Shown one piece after another: positions 40,685-50,595 of a stretch of 64,000 nucleotides of DNA. The number at the start of each line of letters is the position of its first letter. Within the stretch, counting starts at the first letter, position 1. The notes beneath the pieces were generated by a model. It was not told where the DNA came from. It searched no databases and saw only the letters and a list, made by a program, of their open reading frames with translations. Source of the DNA: Bacilli bacterium (GTDB lineage: Bacteria; Bacillota_I; Bacilli_A; RF39; UBA660); the NCBI GenBank assembly GCA_017435255.1, contig JAFSFI010000011.1:48894-112893 (forward strand), written 5' to 3'. The position numbers and the translations under genes are program-made.

Positions 40685-42646
40685 ATGAAAGATAAGATAT
40701 TTAAAATATGTTCAAAATATACTCCTTCTGGCGATCAACCAAAAGCTATACAAGAATTAGTTAGAGGCATTAATGATGAAAAAAAACATCAAGTACTATT
40801 AGGGGCGACAGGAACTGGTAAAACTTTTACCATAGCTAACGTAATTAATGAGGTAAATAAGCCCACATTGGTATTGGCGCACAACAAGACTTTGGCTGGT
40901 CAACTATATAGCGAGCTAAAAGAGTTGTTTCCAGAAAATCGTGTTGAATATTTTGTTTCATACTATGATTATTATCAACCAGAAGCATATGTTCCATCTT
41001 CTGATACATACATTGAAAAAGATTCTTCTATAAATGATGAAATAGACGAATTGCGTCATTCTGCAACCAGTGCATTATTAAGTAGGCGTGATGTCATTGT
41101 AGTAGCTAGTGTGTCGTGCATATACGGAATTGGTGAAGTCGAAGAATATAGAAATAAAATGTTAACTTTAAATATTGGAGATGTTGTAGATAGAGACAAG
41201 GTTTTATTAAAGTTGATAGATATGTTGTATGAAAGAAATGATTTTGATTTTAAAAGGGGAACCTTTAGAGTAAAGGGAGATGTTTTAGAAATAATTCCTG
41301 CCAACGATCGTGCAAGTGGTATTAGAGTAGAATTTTTTGGGGATGAGATAGAGCGTATTAGTGAAATCGATATCTTAACAGGAGTTATAAAGAACAATAA
41401 AAAAACTATTTCTATTTTTCCTGCCAGCCATTTTGTAACGAGTGAAGAAAAATTAAAAGCTGCCCTTATAACTATTAAGGAAGAGTTAAAAGAGAGGCTA
41501 GATTATTTTAAGAAACAAAACAAATTATTGGAATATCAACGACTAGAACAAAGAACAAATTATGATTTAGAAATGCTTGAAGAAACTGGATTTTGTACGG
41601 GGGTTGAGAATTATTCAAGGCATTTGGCGGGCAGAAAAGAAGGTGAGACACCTACCACTTTAATGGATTTTTTCCCCAAAGATTATTTGTTAGTAATTGA
41701 CGAGTCACATGTTACAATACCACAAGTAAGAGGTATGTATAATGGCGATAGAGCTAGAAAGATGAATTTGGTTGATTATGGTTTTAGGTTGCCAAGCGCC
41801 TTAGATAACAGACCTCTTCAATTTAATGAATTTGAAAGTAAGATTAATCAAGCCATATACATTTCTGCTACGCCAGGAGATTATGAACTTGAACTGGTTA
41901 ATAATGAATATATTGAACAAATTATAAGACCAACAGGGCTGTTAGATCCTGTTATCGAGGTTCGACAAAGCAAGGGTCAAATTGATGATTTAATTAGTGA
42001 AATAAAGGAACGAATAGATAAAAATGAAAGAACATTGATTACTACACTAACAATTAGGATGGCAGAAGAACTAACTAATTATTTAAAAGAGTTAGATATT
42101 AGTGTGGCTTATCTTCATACAGAAGTAAAAACGTTAGAAAGAATGCAAATAATTAGAGATTTGAGGTTAGGTAAATATGATTGTATTGTAGGAATTAATT
42201 TATTAAGAGAAGGTATCGATATTCCAGAAGTCAGTTTAATTGCAATTTTGGATGCTGATAAGGAGGGGTTCTTGCGTAGTAGTAGAAGTTTGGTTCAGAC
42301 TATAGGTAGATGTGCAAGAAATGAAAACGGTAAGTGTATTATGTATGCTGATAAGATAACTGATTCTATGAATTATGCGATTAACGAAACTATGCGCCGA
42401 AGAAAAATACAGGAAGAGTACAATAAGATTCATAATATAGTTCCTAGGACAATTATAAAGGAAATAAGAGAATTAATTACTAATATAGATAGTGTTAGCG
42501 ATAAGAAGACTGGCAAAAACAAGAAGGAGTTCAAAAAGACAATAGAGATGGTAGAACAAGAGATGAAAGAGGCAGCGCGCAATTTAGATTTCGAACGAGC
42601 TATGGAATTAAGAGATATTTTATTTGAAATGAAGGCAGGAATATAA
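40685..42646 (+). CDS. uvrB: excinuclease ABC subunit B
   Basis: [23 protein letters not shown]-terminus, GATGTGKT, C-terminal UVR domain ([11 protein letters not shown]). Confidence 0.97.
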   Translation: MKDKIFKICSKYTPSGDQPKAIQELVRGINDEKKHQVLLGATGTGKTFTIANVINEVNKPTLVLAHNKTLAGQLYSELKELFPENRVEYFVSYYDYYQPEAYVPSSDTYIEKDSSINDEIDELRHSATSALLSRRDVIVVASVSCIYGIGEVEEYRNKMLTLNIGDVVDRDKVLLKLIDMLYERNDFDFKRGTFRVKGDVLEIIPANDRASGIRVEFFGDEIERISEIDILTGVIKNNKKTISIFPASHFVTSEEKLKAALITIKEELKERLDYFKKQNKLLEYQRLEQRTNYDLEMLEETGFCTGVENYSRHLAGRKEGETPTTLMDFFPKDYLLVIDESHVTIPQVRGMYNGDRARKMNLVDYGFRLPSALDNRPLQFNEFESKINQAIYISATPGDYELELVNNEYIEQIIRPTGLLDPVIEVRQSKGQIDDLISEIKERIDKNERTLITTLTIRMAEELTNYLKELDISVAYLHTEVKTLERMQIIRDLRLGKYDCIVGINLLREGIDIPEVSLIAILDADKEGFLRSSRSLVQTIGRCARNENGKCIMYADKITDSMNYAINETMRRRKIQEEYNKIHNIVPRTIIKEIRELITNIDSVSDKKTGKNKKEFKKTIEMVEQEMKEAARNLDFERAMELRDILFEMKAGI

Positions 42647-43485
42647 TGAAATTTAAAAAAGTATATATAGAAATTACAAATAAATGTAATTTAAGTTGCT
42701 CTTTTTGCGGAAATAATAAAAGAGACAAACTATTTATGTCTGTATCTCAGTTTAAACATATTATTAATCAAATAGCTCCATACGCTAATTATGTTTATTT
42801 ACATGTTAAAGGAGAGCCTTTACTACATCCACAATTAAAAGAAATATTAGAGGTGTGTAAGGATAGTGATATTCATGTAAATATTACTACCAACGGAACT
42901 TTGTTAAAACAAAAGTATAAAATATTATTAGAGTCGGACTGTGTTAGACAGGTTAATGTTTCATTACACTCAGAAAACACTTTATCAACATATTTTGAGG
43001 ACATTTTTTCTGTATGTAAAAAATTATCTTCAAAAATGTATATAAGTTATAGACTTTGGACTTTAAATAATTATCAATTAGACAAAAAATCCACAGAAAT
43101 TGTTAACAAAATAATTGATAGCTATAATTTATCAACAAGTTTGGTGGAAAAATTAAATAATGACATTCAAATTAAAATCGCTGATAATACATTTGTGAAT
43201 AAAGATAATTTGTTTGAGTGGCCTAATTTAAAAAATAAAAGTACAAGTAATAATTATTGTCATGGATTGTCGACTCATATAGGTATATTAGTAGATGGTA
43301 CTGTTATTCCTTGTTGTCTAGACGGCGATGGAACTATTAATTTAGGTAATATTTTTGAAAGCGACTTGAACATCATTTTGACAAGTGAACGAACCTGTAA
43401 CATTATTGAAGGTTTTAAAAACAACAAATGTTATGAAGAATTGTGCAGTAAGTGCACATTTAAAAATAAGTCTAATAAAAAATAA
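42646..43485 (+). CDS. radical SAM protein with C-terminal SPASM/twitch-like Cys cluster
   Basis: CNLSCSFC (CxxxCxxC) at residues 14-21. The C-terminal pattern is C-x12-G-x4-CC ... C-x10-C-x4-C-x2-C. The start ATG shares 1 nt with the uvrB stop (TAATG). Confidence 0.8.
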   Translation: MKFKKVYIEITNKCNLSCSFCGNNKRDKLFMSVSQFKHIINQIAPYANYVYLHVKGEPLLHPQLKEILEVCKDSDIHVNITTNGTLLKQKYKILLESDCVRQVNVSLHSENTLSTYFEDIFSVCKKLSSKMYISYRLWTLNNYQLDKKSTEIVNKIIDSYNLSTSLVEKLNNDIQIKIADNTFVNKDNLFEWPNLKNKSTSNNYCHGLSTHIGILVDGTVIPCCLDGDGTINLGNIFESDLNIILTSERTCNIIEGFKNNKCYEELCSKCTFKNKSNKK

Positions 43486-43496
43486 ATAAAAACAAT

Positions 43497-43524
43497 GTGT
43501 GCTATATATTCTTGCACACTTTTG
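43497..43524 (+). terminator. intrinsic terminator after radical SAM gene
   Basis: GTGTGC, an 11-nt loop, GCACAC, followed by TTTTG. Confidence 0.5.
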
Positions 43525-43583
43525 TGTTGTGTAGATATAACAATAAAAAAATGATATAATATAATTAGTTTATGGAGGTATTT

Positions 43584-44171
43584 ATGTCAAAAAAAAATAG
43601 AGAAATGTTAAAAGTTTTTTTTGGAGTAATGAAAGGCAATGAAAAATATATGAATTTAGTAGTTCCCAATTGCTATGTTAAAGACATATATGACATAGAT
43701 TACAAAAAGTTATATAAAAAAGGATACAGAAATATTATTTTTGATATAGATAATACTATATTGCCAGTTAATAAAGTTGGAGTGCCGAACGAACTGGTTG
43801 AATTGTTCAAAAAGATTAAAAAAGTAGGGCTTAATATTTGTTTAGTATCCAATAATAAAAAAGAAAGAGTGTTGCCTCCAGCAAAAATATTAGATGTTTT
43901 ATATTTATACGAGGCAAAAAAACCTACTAAAGCCGCGTTTGATAAGGCGCTAAAGATTTTGGAAGCTAATACAAATGATACGGTAATGGTTGGAGATCAA
44001 ATGTTGAGTGATATTAAAGGTGCAAACGAATATGGACTTTATAGTATTTTAGTTGCTCCTGTAGATGATAAATATGATATAAAAACAGGAACTAGTAGAG
44101 TTTTACAAAATATAATGATTAAAAAATTAGAAAGAAAAAATGTATTCCATAGAAACAGGTATTATAAATAG
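43584..44171 (+). CDS. yqeG: YqeG family HAD-IIIA phosphatase
   Basis: DxDxT motif (FDIDNT) and GDQMLSDI. ATG at 43584 is preferred, because SD GGAGG is formed by the track start region at 43572. Confidence 0.8.
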   Translation: MSKKNREMLKVFFGVMKGNEKYMNLVVPNCYVKDIYDIDYKKLYKKGYRNIIFDIDNTILPVNKVGVPNELVELFKKIKKVGLNICLVSNNKKERVLPPAKILDVLYLYEAKKPTKAAFDKALKILEANTNDTVMVGDQMLSDIKGANEYGLYSILVAPVDDKYDIKTGTSRVLQNIMIKKLERKNVFHRNRYYK

Positions 44172-44182
44172 TAGGTGATTTT

Positions 44183-46990
44183 ATGAACGAGATAATAATC
44201 AAAGGAGCAAGAGAAAACAATTTAAAAAATATTAACCTAACTCTGCCAAAAAACAAATTGATTGTTATGACCGGAGTTTCCGGTAGTGGAAAGAGTAGCC
44301 TTGCTTTTGACACTATTTATGCTGAGGGCCAAAGAAGATATGTTGAAAGTTTGAGTGCATATGCAAGACAATTCCTGGGTGGAACAGATAAACCAGACGT
44401 TGATTCAATTGAAGGTTTATCTCCCTCTATTAGTATTGATCAAAAAACAACAAATAAAAACCCAAGGTCTACAGTAGGTACAGTAACAGAAATATATGAT
44501 TATTTAAGACTTTTGTATGCAAGAATTGGGATCCCGTATTGTCCTAATCACCACATTCCGATAAAAGCACAGAGCATAGAAGAAATGGTGAATAAATTAC
44601 TAGAATATGATTTGGGTACTAAATTTATTATTATGGCCCCTGTTGTGCACGGCGAAAAAGGAACGCATAAAGATTTGTTTGATAAGCTTCGAGGTGAAGG
44701 CTTTGTAAGAGTAAGAGTTAACGGAGAAAGTAGAGATTTGTCTGAAGACATTGTTTTGGACAAAAATATAAAAGATAACATTGATGTTGTTGTAGACAGA
44801 TTGATTTTAAAAGAAGATATAAGAGGGCGACTTCATGAATCTTTAGAAATCGCTACAACACTAGCGAAAGGAAAAGTTGTAGTTGAGATTCCTGGAGATA
44901 AGGAAATTTTATTTTCAGAGAATTTTGCGTGTCCACATTGCGAATTTTCCTTACCAGAACTAGAACCACGATTATTTAGTTTTAATTCTCCATACGGTGC
45001 ATGTCAGGATTGCAAAGGGTTAGGTATAAAGCTAAATATTGATCCTGATTTGGTTATTCCTAACCAAGATTTATCTATTAATGAGGGGTGCATTTTAACG
45101 CTTAGTGATGATCAAGAAGGAATCTATTACAAAAGACTAGAGTCGGTGTGTAATCATTATAAGATAGATATGAATAAGCCATTTAAAAATTTGACAAAAA
45201 AAGAAAAAGAGATAATTTTGTATGGTACACAGGAAAAAATAAGCATAAAATATACAACTCGCGGTGGAACTTCATATAACCAGAATGATTATTATGAAGG
45301 TATAATTACCAATTTACAAAGAAGATATATGGAAACGAGTAGCGCATGGATTCGTGACTGGTTAGAAAACTATATGATAGAAACAACCTGTGAAACTTGT
45401 CATGGTGCAAGACTTAATGATAGTGTTTTATCCGTGCTCATTGGTAAAAAAAATATTTATCAGATGACACAAATGAGTATAAAAGAGTTGGTTGATTTTT
45501 TTGAAAACATAAAATTAAATAAAGAACAAGAAAACATATCCAATTTATTGATTAAAGAAATTAAAAATAGACTTAATTTCTTGAAAAATGTAGGTCTTGA
45601 ATATTTAACACTAGATAGGATGGCTGGTACATTATCTGGAGGAGAATCACAAAGGATAAGGTTGGCTACACAGATAGGATCTAGGCTAACAGGTGTTTTA
45701 TATGTGCTAGATGAACCTAGTATAGGATTGCATCAAAAGGATAATGAGAAACTGATAAATGCATTAAAAGAGATGAGAGATTTGGGAAACACTCTAATTG
45801 TTGTAGAACATGATACTGATACTATGTTGGCTGCTGATTACTTGGTTGATATAGGACCTGAAGCAGGAGAGAATGGAGGTCGTATAATGGCGGCCGGAAC
45901 TCCTAATGAAGTTAAAAATAATGAAAATAGTATTACTGGTAAATATTTAAGCGGAAAAGAATGCATTGAGGTCCCAAAAAAGAGAAGAAAAGGAAATGGA
46001 TTGTTTATAGAGGTAAGGGGAGCCCAAGAAAACAATCTAAAAAATATTAACGTAAAATTTCCTCTTGGTACTTTTACATGTGTTACAGGTGTTTCTGGCA
46101 GTGGAAAGAGTAGTCTTGTAATGGAAATTTTATGTAAAGGTGCTTTAAATCATCTATATCGCACTAAAGAGAAAGCAGGTAAACACAAAAAAATCATCGG
46201 CTTAGACAATATAGATAAAGTTGTAGATATAACCCAAAATCCAATTGGAAGAACCCCAAGAAGTAATCCAGCAACATATACTGGTGTTTTCGATGATATA
46301 AGATCATTGTTTACAACAACAAAAGAAGCCAAAATGTATGGTTTTGGTAAAGACCGATTTTCTTTCAATGTTAAAGGGGGAAGATGCGAAGCTTGTCGTG
46401 GAGACGGTGTTAAAAAAATAGAAATGCACTTTTTACCAGATGTATATGTTCCATGTGAGGTTTGTCACGGTACTAGATATAATAGAGAAACACTGTCTAT
46501 CAAATATAAGGATAAGAATATTGCAGATGTATTAAACATGAGAGTTACAGAAGCAATAGAATTTTTTGCAAACCAACCTAAGATAAAGAACAAATTGCAA
46601 GTATTAAATGATGTTGGATTGGGCTATCTTAAACTGGGTCAGAGTGCACCGACTTTATCAGGGGGAGAAGCAGGAAGAGTTAAGTTGGCTAAAGAATTGC
46701 AAAGAAGAGCAACAGGTAAAACACTGTTTATAATGGATGAACCTACTACCGGCCTACATTCACACGATATAAAACGCTTGCTTGCAATTATTCAAAAAAT
46801 AGTAGATAATAATGATACAGTAATAGTGATAGAACATAATCTTGATATGATTAAAACTGCAGACTATATAATAGATATTGGTCCAAACGGTGGCGATAGT
46901 GGTGGAGAAATAATTGCTGTTGGAACTCCGGAAAAGGTAGCTAAAGATAAGAAATCATATACTGGAATGTTCTTGAGCAAAATGCTTTAA
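44183..46990 (+). CDS. uvrA: excinuclease ABC subunit A
   Basis: 935 aa; two ABC modules (GVSGSGKSS x2, LSGGE x2); zinc-finger Cys pairs. Confidence 0.97.
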   Translation: MNEIIIKGARENNLKNINLTLPKNKLIVMTGVSGSGKSSLAFDTIYAEGQRRYVESLSAYARQFLGGTDKPDVDSIEGLSPSISIDQKTTNKNPRSTVGTVTEIYDYLRLLYARIGIPYCPNHHIPIKAQSIEEMVNKLLEYDLGTKFIIMAPVVHGEKGTHKDLFDKLRGEGFVRVRVNGESRDLSEDIVLDKNIKDNIDVVVDRLILKEDIRGRLHESLEIATTLAKGKVVVEIPGDKEILFSENFACPHCEFSLPELEPRLFSFNSPYGACQDCKGLGIKLNIDPDLVIPNQDLSINEGCILTLSDDQEGIYYKRLESVCNHYKIDMNKPFKNLTKKEKEIILYGTQEKISIKYTTRGGTSYNQNDYYEGIITNLQRRYMETSSAWIRDWLENYMIETTCETCHGARLNDSVLSVLIGKKNIYQMTQMSIKELVDFFENIKLNKEQENISNLLIKEIKNRLNFLKNVGLEYLTLDRMAGTLSGGESQRIRLATQIGSRLTGVLYVLDEPSIGLHQKDNEKLINALKEMRDLGNTLIVVEHDTDTMLAADYLVDIGPEAGENGGRIMAAGTPNEVKNNENSITGKYLSGKECIEVPKKRRKGNGLFIEVRGAQENNLKNINVKFPLGTFTCVTGVSGSGKSSLVMEILCKGALNHLYRTKEKAGKHKKIIGLDNIDKVVDITQNPIGRTPRSNPATYTGVFDDIRSLFTTTKEAKMYGFGKDRFSFNVKGGRCEACRGDGVKKIEMHFLPDVYVPCEVCHGTRYNRETLSIKYKDKNIADVLNMRVTEAIEFFANQPKIKNKLQVLNDVGLGYLKLGQSAPTLSGGEAGRVKLAKELQRRATGKTLFIMDEPTTGLHSHDIKRLLAIIQKIVDNNDTVIVIEHNLDMIKTADYIIDIGPNGGDSGGEIIAVGTPEKVAKDKKSYTGMFLSKML

Positions 46991-46999
46991 GGAGGCATT

Positions 47000-47428
47000 A
47001 TGAAATTAGTAATTATAGATAAAAATAATAAAGCAAGACTAAATAAAATATTAGAATGGTTTATTTATATGGCTGGATATACAATATCATTTATATTAAT
47101 ATCATTGTTATTTGGTACTTTTCAGATAAATGATGAACATTTAATACTTTACTCATTTTTTGCTGTAGTAATGGTATATATACTTAATAAAACGATAAAA
47201 CCAGTTATTTTAAAATTAACCATGCCATTAATGGGAATTACAGTAGGATTATTTTATTTTGTTATAAATGCTGGAATATTAAAGTTAGTCGATATTATTA
47301 TGGGTGATAAATTGAACTTTACAAGTGCTTGGAAACTGTTTTTCATCGCAGTTTTTTTAGCCGCAACGAATGCGATCATAGAAGAGCTAATAATTAAACC
47401 AATAATAAGGAGATTTAAGAAAAAATGA
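47000..47428 (+). CDS. YvlD/DUF360 (phage holin 4-2 superfamily) membrane protein
   Basis: LNKTIKPVILKLTMPLMGITVGLFYFVINAGIL matches the family core (N..rP....L.lP....TlGLF..viNa). Confidence 0.6.
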   Translation: MKLVIIDKNNKARLNKILEWFIYMAGYTISFILISLLFGTFQINDEHLILYSFFAVVMVYILNKTIKPVILKLTMPLMGITVGLFYFVINAGILKLVDIIMGDKLNFTSAWKLFFIAVFLAATNAIIEELIIKPIIRRFKKK

Positions 47429-48240
47429 GTAGAGTAGCGTTAGATTTAGGTTTTATCCAAATATATTGGTATTCGATTATGATACTAATAGGCCTTTTGG
47501 TAGGATTAACTATTATTTATTATGAAATAAAAAAGCAAAAAATTAATATTGATTTTTTTACTAATTTAGCATTTTATGCGATTATTATAGGTATCATTTC
47601 TGCGAGATTATATTATGTAATATTTAATTGGAATTATTATAGTAATAATTTATTAGAGATATTTGAAATATGGAATGGTGGATTAGCCATTCATGGTGCA
47701 ATAATAGGTGGTGGCCTATTTACATTATTTTATTGCTATAAGCATAAAGTTAATATTTATAGAATTTTAGATATTTGTGTAGTAGGGTTGATTATTGCCC
47801 AAGCAATTGGCAGATGGGGAAACTTTTTTAATCAAGAGGCCTATGGAACATTAACTACAGAGAAAGAACTTCTATCTTTGAGTATTCCTCGATTTATAGT
47901 AGATGGTATGTATATAAATGGCGGATATCATCATCCTACGTTTTTATATGAATCTTTATGGAATTTATTTGGATTTGTGATTTTACTTATTGCAAGACGC
48001 GCCATTAAATATATAAAAACAGGTCAACTAACAGGAATATATTTGGTGTGGTATTCATTGGGAAGAATTTTTATAGAATCTATGAGAACAGATAGTCTGA
48101 TGCTGGGTGATATAAAGGTAGCACAATTGGTATCGGTGTTATTTATAATTGCGGGAATAATATTGATAGTTATAAGAAATAAAGGTTCCCGATTTGATAA
48201 TCTTTACAGAGATGGTGAAAAAAATGAAATCAGATTTTGA
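47425..48240 (+). CDS. lgt: prolipoprotein diacylglyceryl transferase
   Basis: Lgt signature GRWGNFFNQEAYG; polytopic; 271 aa. Confidence 0.93.
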   Translation: MSRVALDLGFIQIYWYSIMILIGLLVGLTIIYYEIKKQKINIDFFTNLAFYAIIIGIISARLYYVIFNWNYYSNNLLEIFEIWNGGLAIHGAIIGGGLFTLFYCYKHKVNIYRILDICVVGLIIAQAIGRWGNFFNQEAYGTLTTEKELLSLSIPRFIVDGMYINGGYHHPTFLYESLWNLFGFVILLIARRAIKYIKTGQLTGIYLVWYSLGRIFIESMRTDSLMLGDIKVAQLVSVLFIIAGIILIVIRNKGSRFDNLYRDGEKNEIRF

Positions 48241-49144
48241 TGTAGTGATAATCGGTGCTGGTGTTGCTGGTATGACCGCAGCTATTTATTTGAAGCGTAG
48301 TGGAATAAATTGTTGTTTGTTAGAGAGAGAAGTGCCTGGCGGACAAATTAATAAATCGTCATCAGTAAAAAATTACCCGGGTTTTTTAGATATTTCTGGT
48401 CCAGACTTATCTAATAATATTTTTGAACAGATTAGGGAGTTAGAAGTTCCATATAAATATGGTAATGTATTAAAAATCGAAGTTAGTGATGGTCAAAAAA
48501 TAGTTAAGACAGATTTAGAGGAAATAACTACGCAAAACATTATAATTGCCACAGGAAGGAAATCTAGGAAACTTGATGTCCCTGGAGAAGACAAACTGCT
48601 TGGCAAAGGTGTTAGTTATTGTGCTTTGTGTGATGCTAATTTTTTTAAGGATGAAGATGTATTGGTTATTGGTGGAGCAAATAGCGCTTTAGAAGAAGCA
48701 ATATATTTATCAAATATTTGTAGAAGCGTTACTATAATACATAGAAGGGATACATTAACTGCTGATGAGGTGTTTATAGAACAAATTAAGCAAATAAAAA
48801 ATATAACTATTCGATACAATTGTTTGCCTAAAAAGTTAAACGAAAAAGAAGGTAGACTAGAATCTGTAACTATTGAAAATGAGCAACAACAAGATGAAGA
48901 GATAAAAGTAAAAGGTTGTTTTATTTATATTGGTCAAGTTCCTGCGAATGAAATTTTTAAAGATATTCTAAATTTTGATGATAAAGGATATATAGAAGTA
49001 GATAAACATCAACAGACTAATATAAAAGGAATATATGCAGCTGGAGATGTTGTCAAAAAAGATGCATATCAATTGTTAACTGCAATGAGTGATGGAGTAA
49101 TTGCTGCGGTGAATTGTATTGTTGACATAAAAAAGGGAGCTTAA
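48224..49144 (+). CDS. trxB: thioredoxin-disulfide reductase
   Basis: GAGVAGMTAA FAD motif, redox CALC in GVSYCALCD, HRRD, GIYAAGDV. ATG at 48224 is preferred over the track start 48194. Confidence 0.85.
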   Translation: MKSDFDVVIIGAGVAGMTAAIYLKRSGINCCLLEREVPGGQINKSSSVKNYPGFLDISGPDLSNNIFEQIRELEVPYKYGNVLKIEVSDGQKIVKTDLEEITTQNIIIATGRKSRKLDVPGEDKLLGKGVSYCALCDANFFKDEDVLVIGGANSALEEAIYLSNICRSVTIIHRRDTLTADEVFIEQIKQIKNITIRYNCLPKKLNEKEGRLESVTIENEQQQDEEIKVKGCFIYIGQVPANEIFKDILNFDDKGYIEVDKHQQTNIKGIYAAGDVVKKDAYQLLTAMSDGVIAAVNCIVDIKKGA

Positions 49145-49157
49145 ACACATATAAATT

Positions 49158-49670
49158 ATGAATGTTGTTGCACAGTTGTTTGGCTTTATTGCTTTAACAT
49201 TTTTAATGTTTAGTATTCAAAGTAATAAAAAACTAACAGTTTTATTTTTGCAAGTTATTGCTAATGCTTTTTTCGGGTTACAATATATTATTTTAAAAAC
49301 ATTCTCAGCAGTTTTGATGAACTTCGTTGCAATTTTTAGAAGTATTATTTATTACATGTATGAAAAGAAAAACAAAAGAGCGCCTAAGACAGTTATATTG
49401 TTATTGTTCCTTTTAATAATAGTGTTTTCTGTTACAAGCTTTAATGGGCTAATTAGCCTGTTACCTATTGCGGCGACAATGTTGTATACATATGGCACTT
49501 GGCAAGCCGATATGAAAACGTATCGAATTGTGGTTATAGCGGGCGCGATATTTTGGTTGATATTCAATATTAATGTAGGCGCATACGTTTCTGTTATTAG
49601 TTCTATCCTGGAATTAATAAGCGGAATTATTGCTGTATGTAGATATGATCTTAAAAAGAATATTTCTTGA
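49158..49670 (+). CDS. YgjV-like inner membrane protein
   Basis: 170 aa with 5 TM segments; the N-terminus resembles the YgjV family; weak SD. Confidence 0.45.
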   Translation: MNVVAQLFGFIALTFLMFSIQSNKKLTVLFLQVIANAFFGLQYIILKTFSAVLMNFVAIFRSIIYYMYEKKNKRAPKTVILLLFLLIIVFSVTSFNGLISLLPIAATMLYTYGTWQADMKTYRIVVIAGAIFWLIFNINVGAYVSVISSILELISGIIAVCRYDLKKNIS

Positions 49671-49749
49671 CATTTAAGCACCATTGTGTTACTTTATAGG
49701 TGACACAGAAAGGTGTTTTTATTTTGGTTAAATAAGGTAGGGGATTAAA

Positions 49750-50046
49750 ATGGTAAAAGAAACAAAAAAAACAAACAAAAGCACAAAGAAAAATGTAAAA
49801 ACAAAAACAGTATCAAAAACTAAAAAAAATACTAAGAAAGTAGAAATAAAAAAAACAAAGGTAGGAATGTTTAAAAAATTAAGCAATTGGATTAAATCGG
49901 TTGTAAAAGAAGTTTCTAAGGTTAAATGGCCTTCAAAGAAAGAAATGATTAAATATTCTATTGCAACAATAGGTTTTGTAATATTCTTTGCATTATTTTT
50001 CTATGTTATAGAATTATTAATGGCATTCTTTAAATCATTAGTATAG
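49750..50046 (+). CDS. secE: preprotein translocase subunit SecE (Lys-rich N-terminal extension)
   Basis: The C-terminal part EVSKVKWPSKKEM....TM is typical of SecE; directly upstream of nusG. Confidence 0.88.
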   Translation: MVKETKKTNKSTKKNVKTKTVSKTKKNTKKVEIKKTKVGMFKKLSNWIKSVVKEVSKVKWPSKKEMIKYSIATIGFVIFFALFFYVIELLMAFFKSLV

Positions 50047-50060
50047 GACGGTGATATTTT

Positions 50061-50594
50061 ATGGAAAAACAATGGTATGTAGTAAATACTTATTCTGGGC
50101 ACGAAAGTAAAGTAAAAGAAAAATTAGAAATGAAAGCCGATTCTATGGATATGAAAGATTATATCTTTAGAGTTATTATTCCAGAGCAAAAAGAAATCGA
50201 AGTAAAAGACGGTGTTCAAAAAGAAAAAGTAAAGAAGATGTTCCCTGGTTATATTTTGGTAGAAATGGTTATGAGTGATGAGGCTTGGTATGTAGTAAGA
50301 AACACACCAGGTGTTACTGGATTTATTGGATCGAGTGGTAAAGGTGCAAAACCAACGCCATTACAACCATATGAAGTGGATACAATTCTTAGAAACATGG
50401 GAATTAGTAGATTTGATACTGATGAAACGTTAGAAATAGGAACAAAAGTAAAGATTATTGCTGGTCCATTCAATGGAATGTATGGAACTGTAGCAGTAGT
50501 TGATATGGAAAATCAAAAACTAGAATTAAATGTTGATTTATTTGGTCAAGAAACATCTGTTGAGGTAGAATTATCACAAATAGAGGTGGCATAA
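50061..50594 (+). CDS. nusG: transcription termination/antitermination factor NusG
   Basis: NGN domain (WYVVNTYSGHE); KOW domain (G..V.I..GPF.G..G.V). Confidence 0.96.
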   Translation: MEKQWYVVNTYSGHESKVKEKLEMKADSMDMKDYIFRVIIPEQKEIEVKDGVQKEKVKKMFPGYILVEMVMSDEAWYVVRNTPGVTGFIGSSGKGAKPTPLQPYEVDTILRNMGISRFDTDETLEIGTKVKIIAGPFNGMYGTVAVVDMENQKLELNVDLFGQETSVEVELSQIEVA

Positions 50595-50595
50595 A

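Noticed and set aside
43495-43554. 19-codon Cys-rich mini-ORF (MCAIYSCTLLCCVDITIKK) immediately after the radical SAM/SPASM gene, tempting as a RiPP precursor
   Set aside because: It has no SD and no leader-length peptide. The Cys codons arise from the GTGTGC/GCACAC arms of the terminator hairpin and the following GT-rich tract. It would only be worth revisiting if conserved in relatives.
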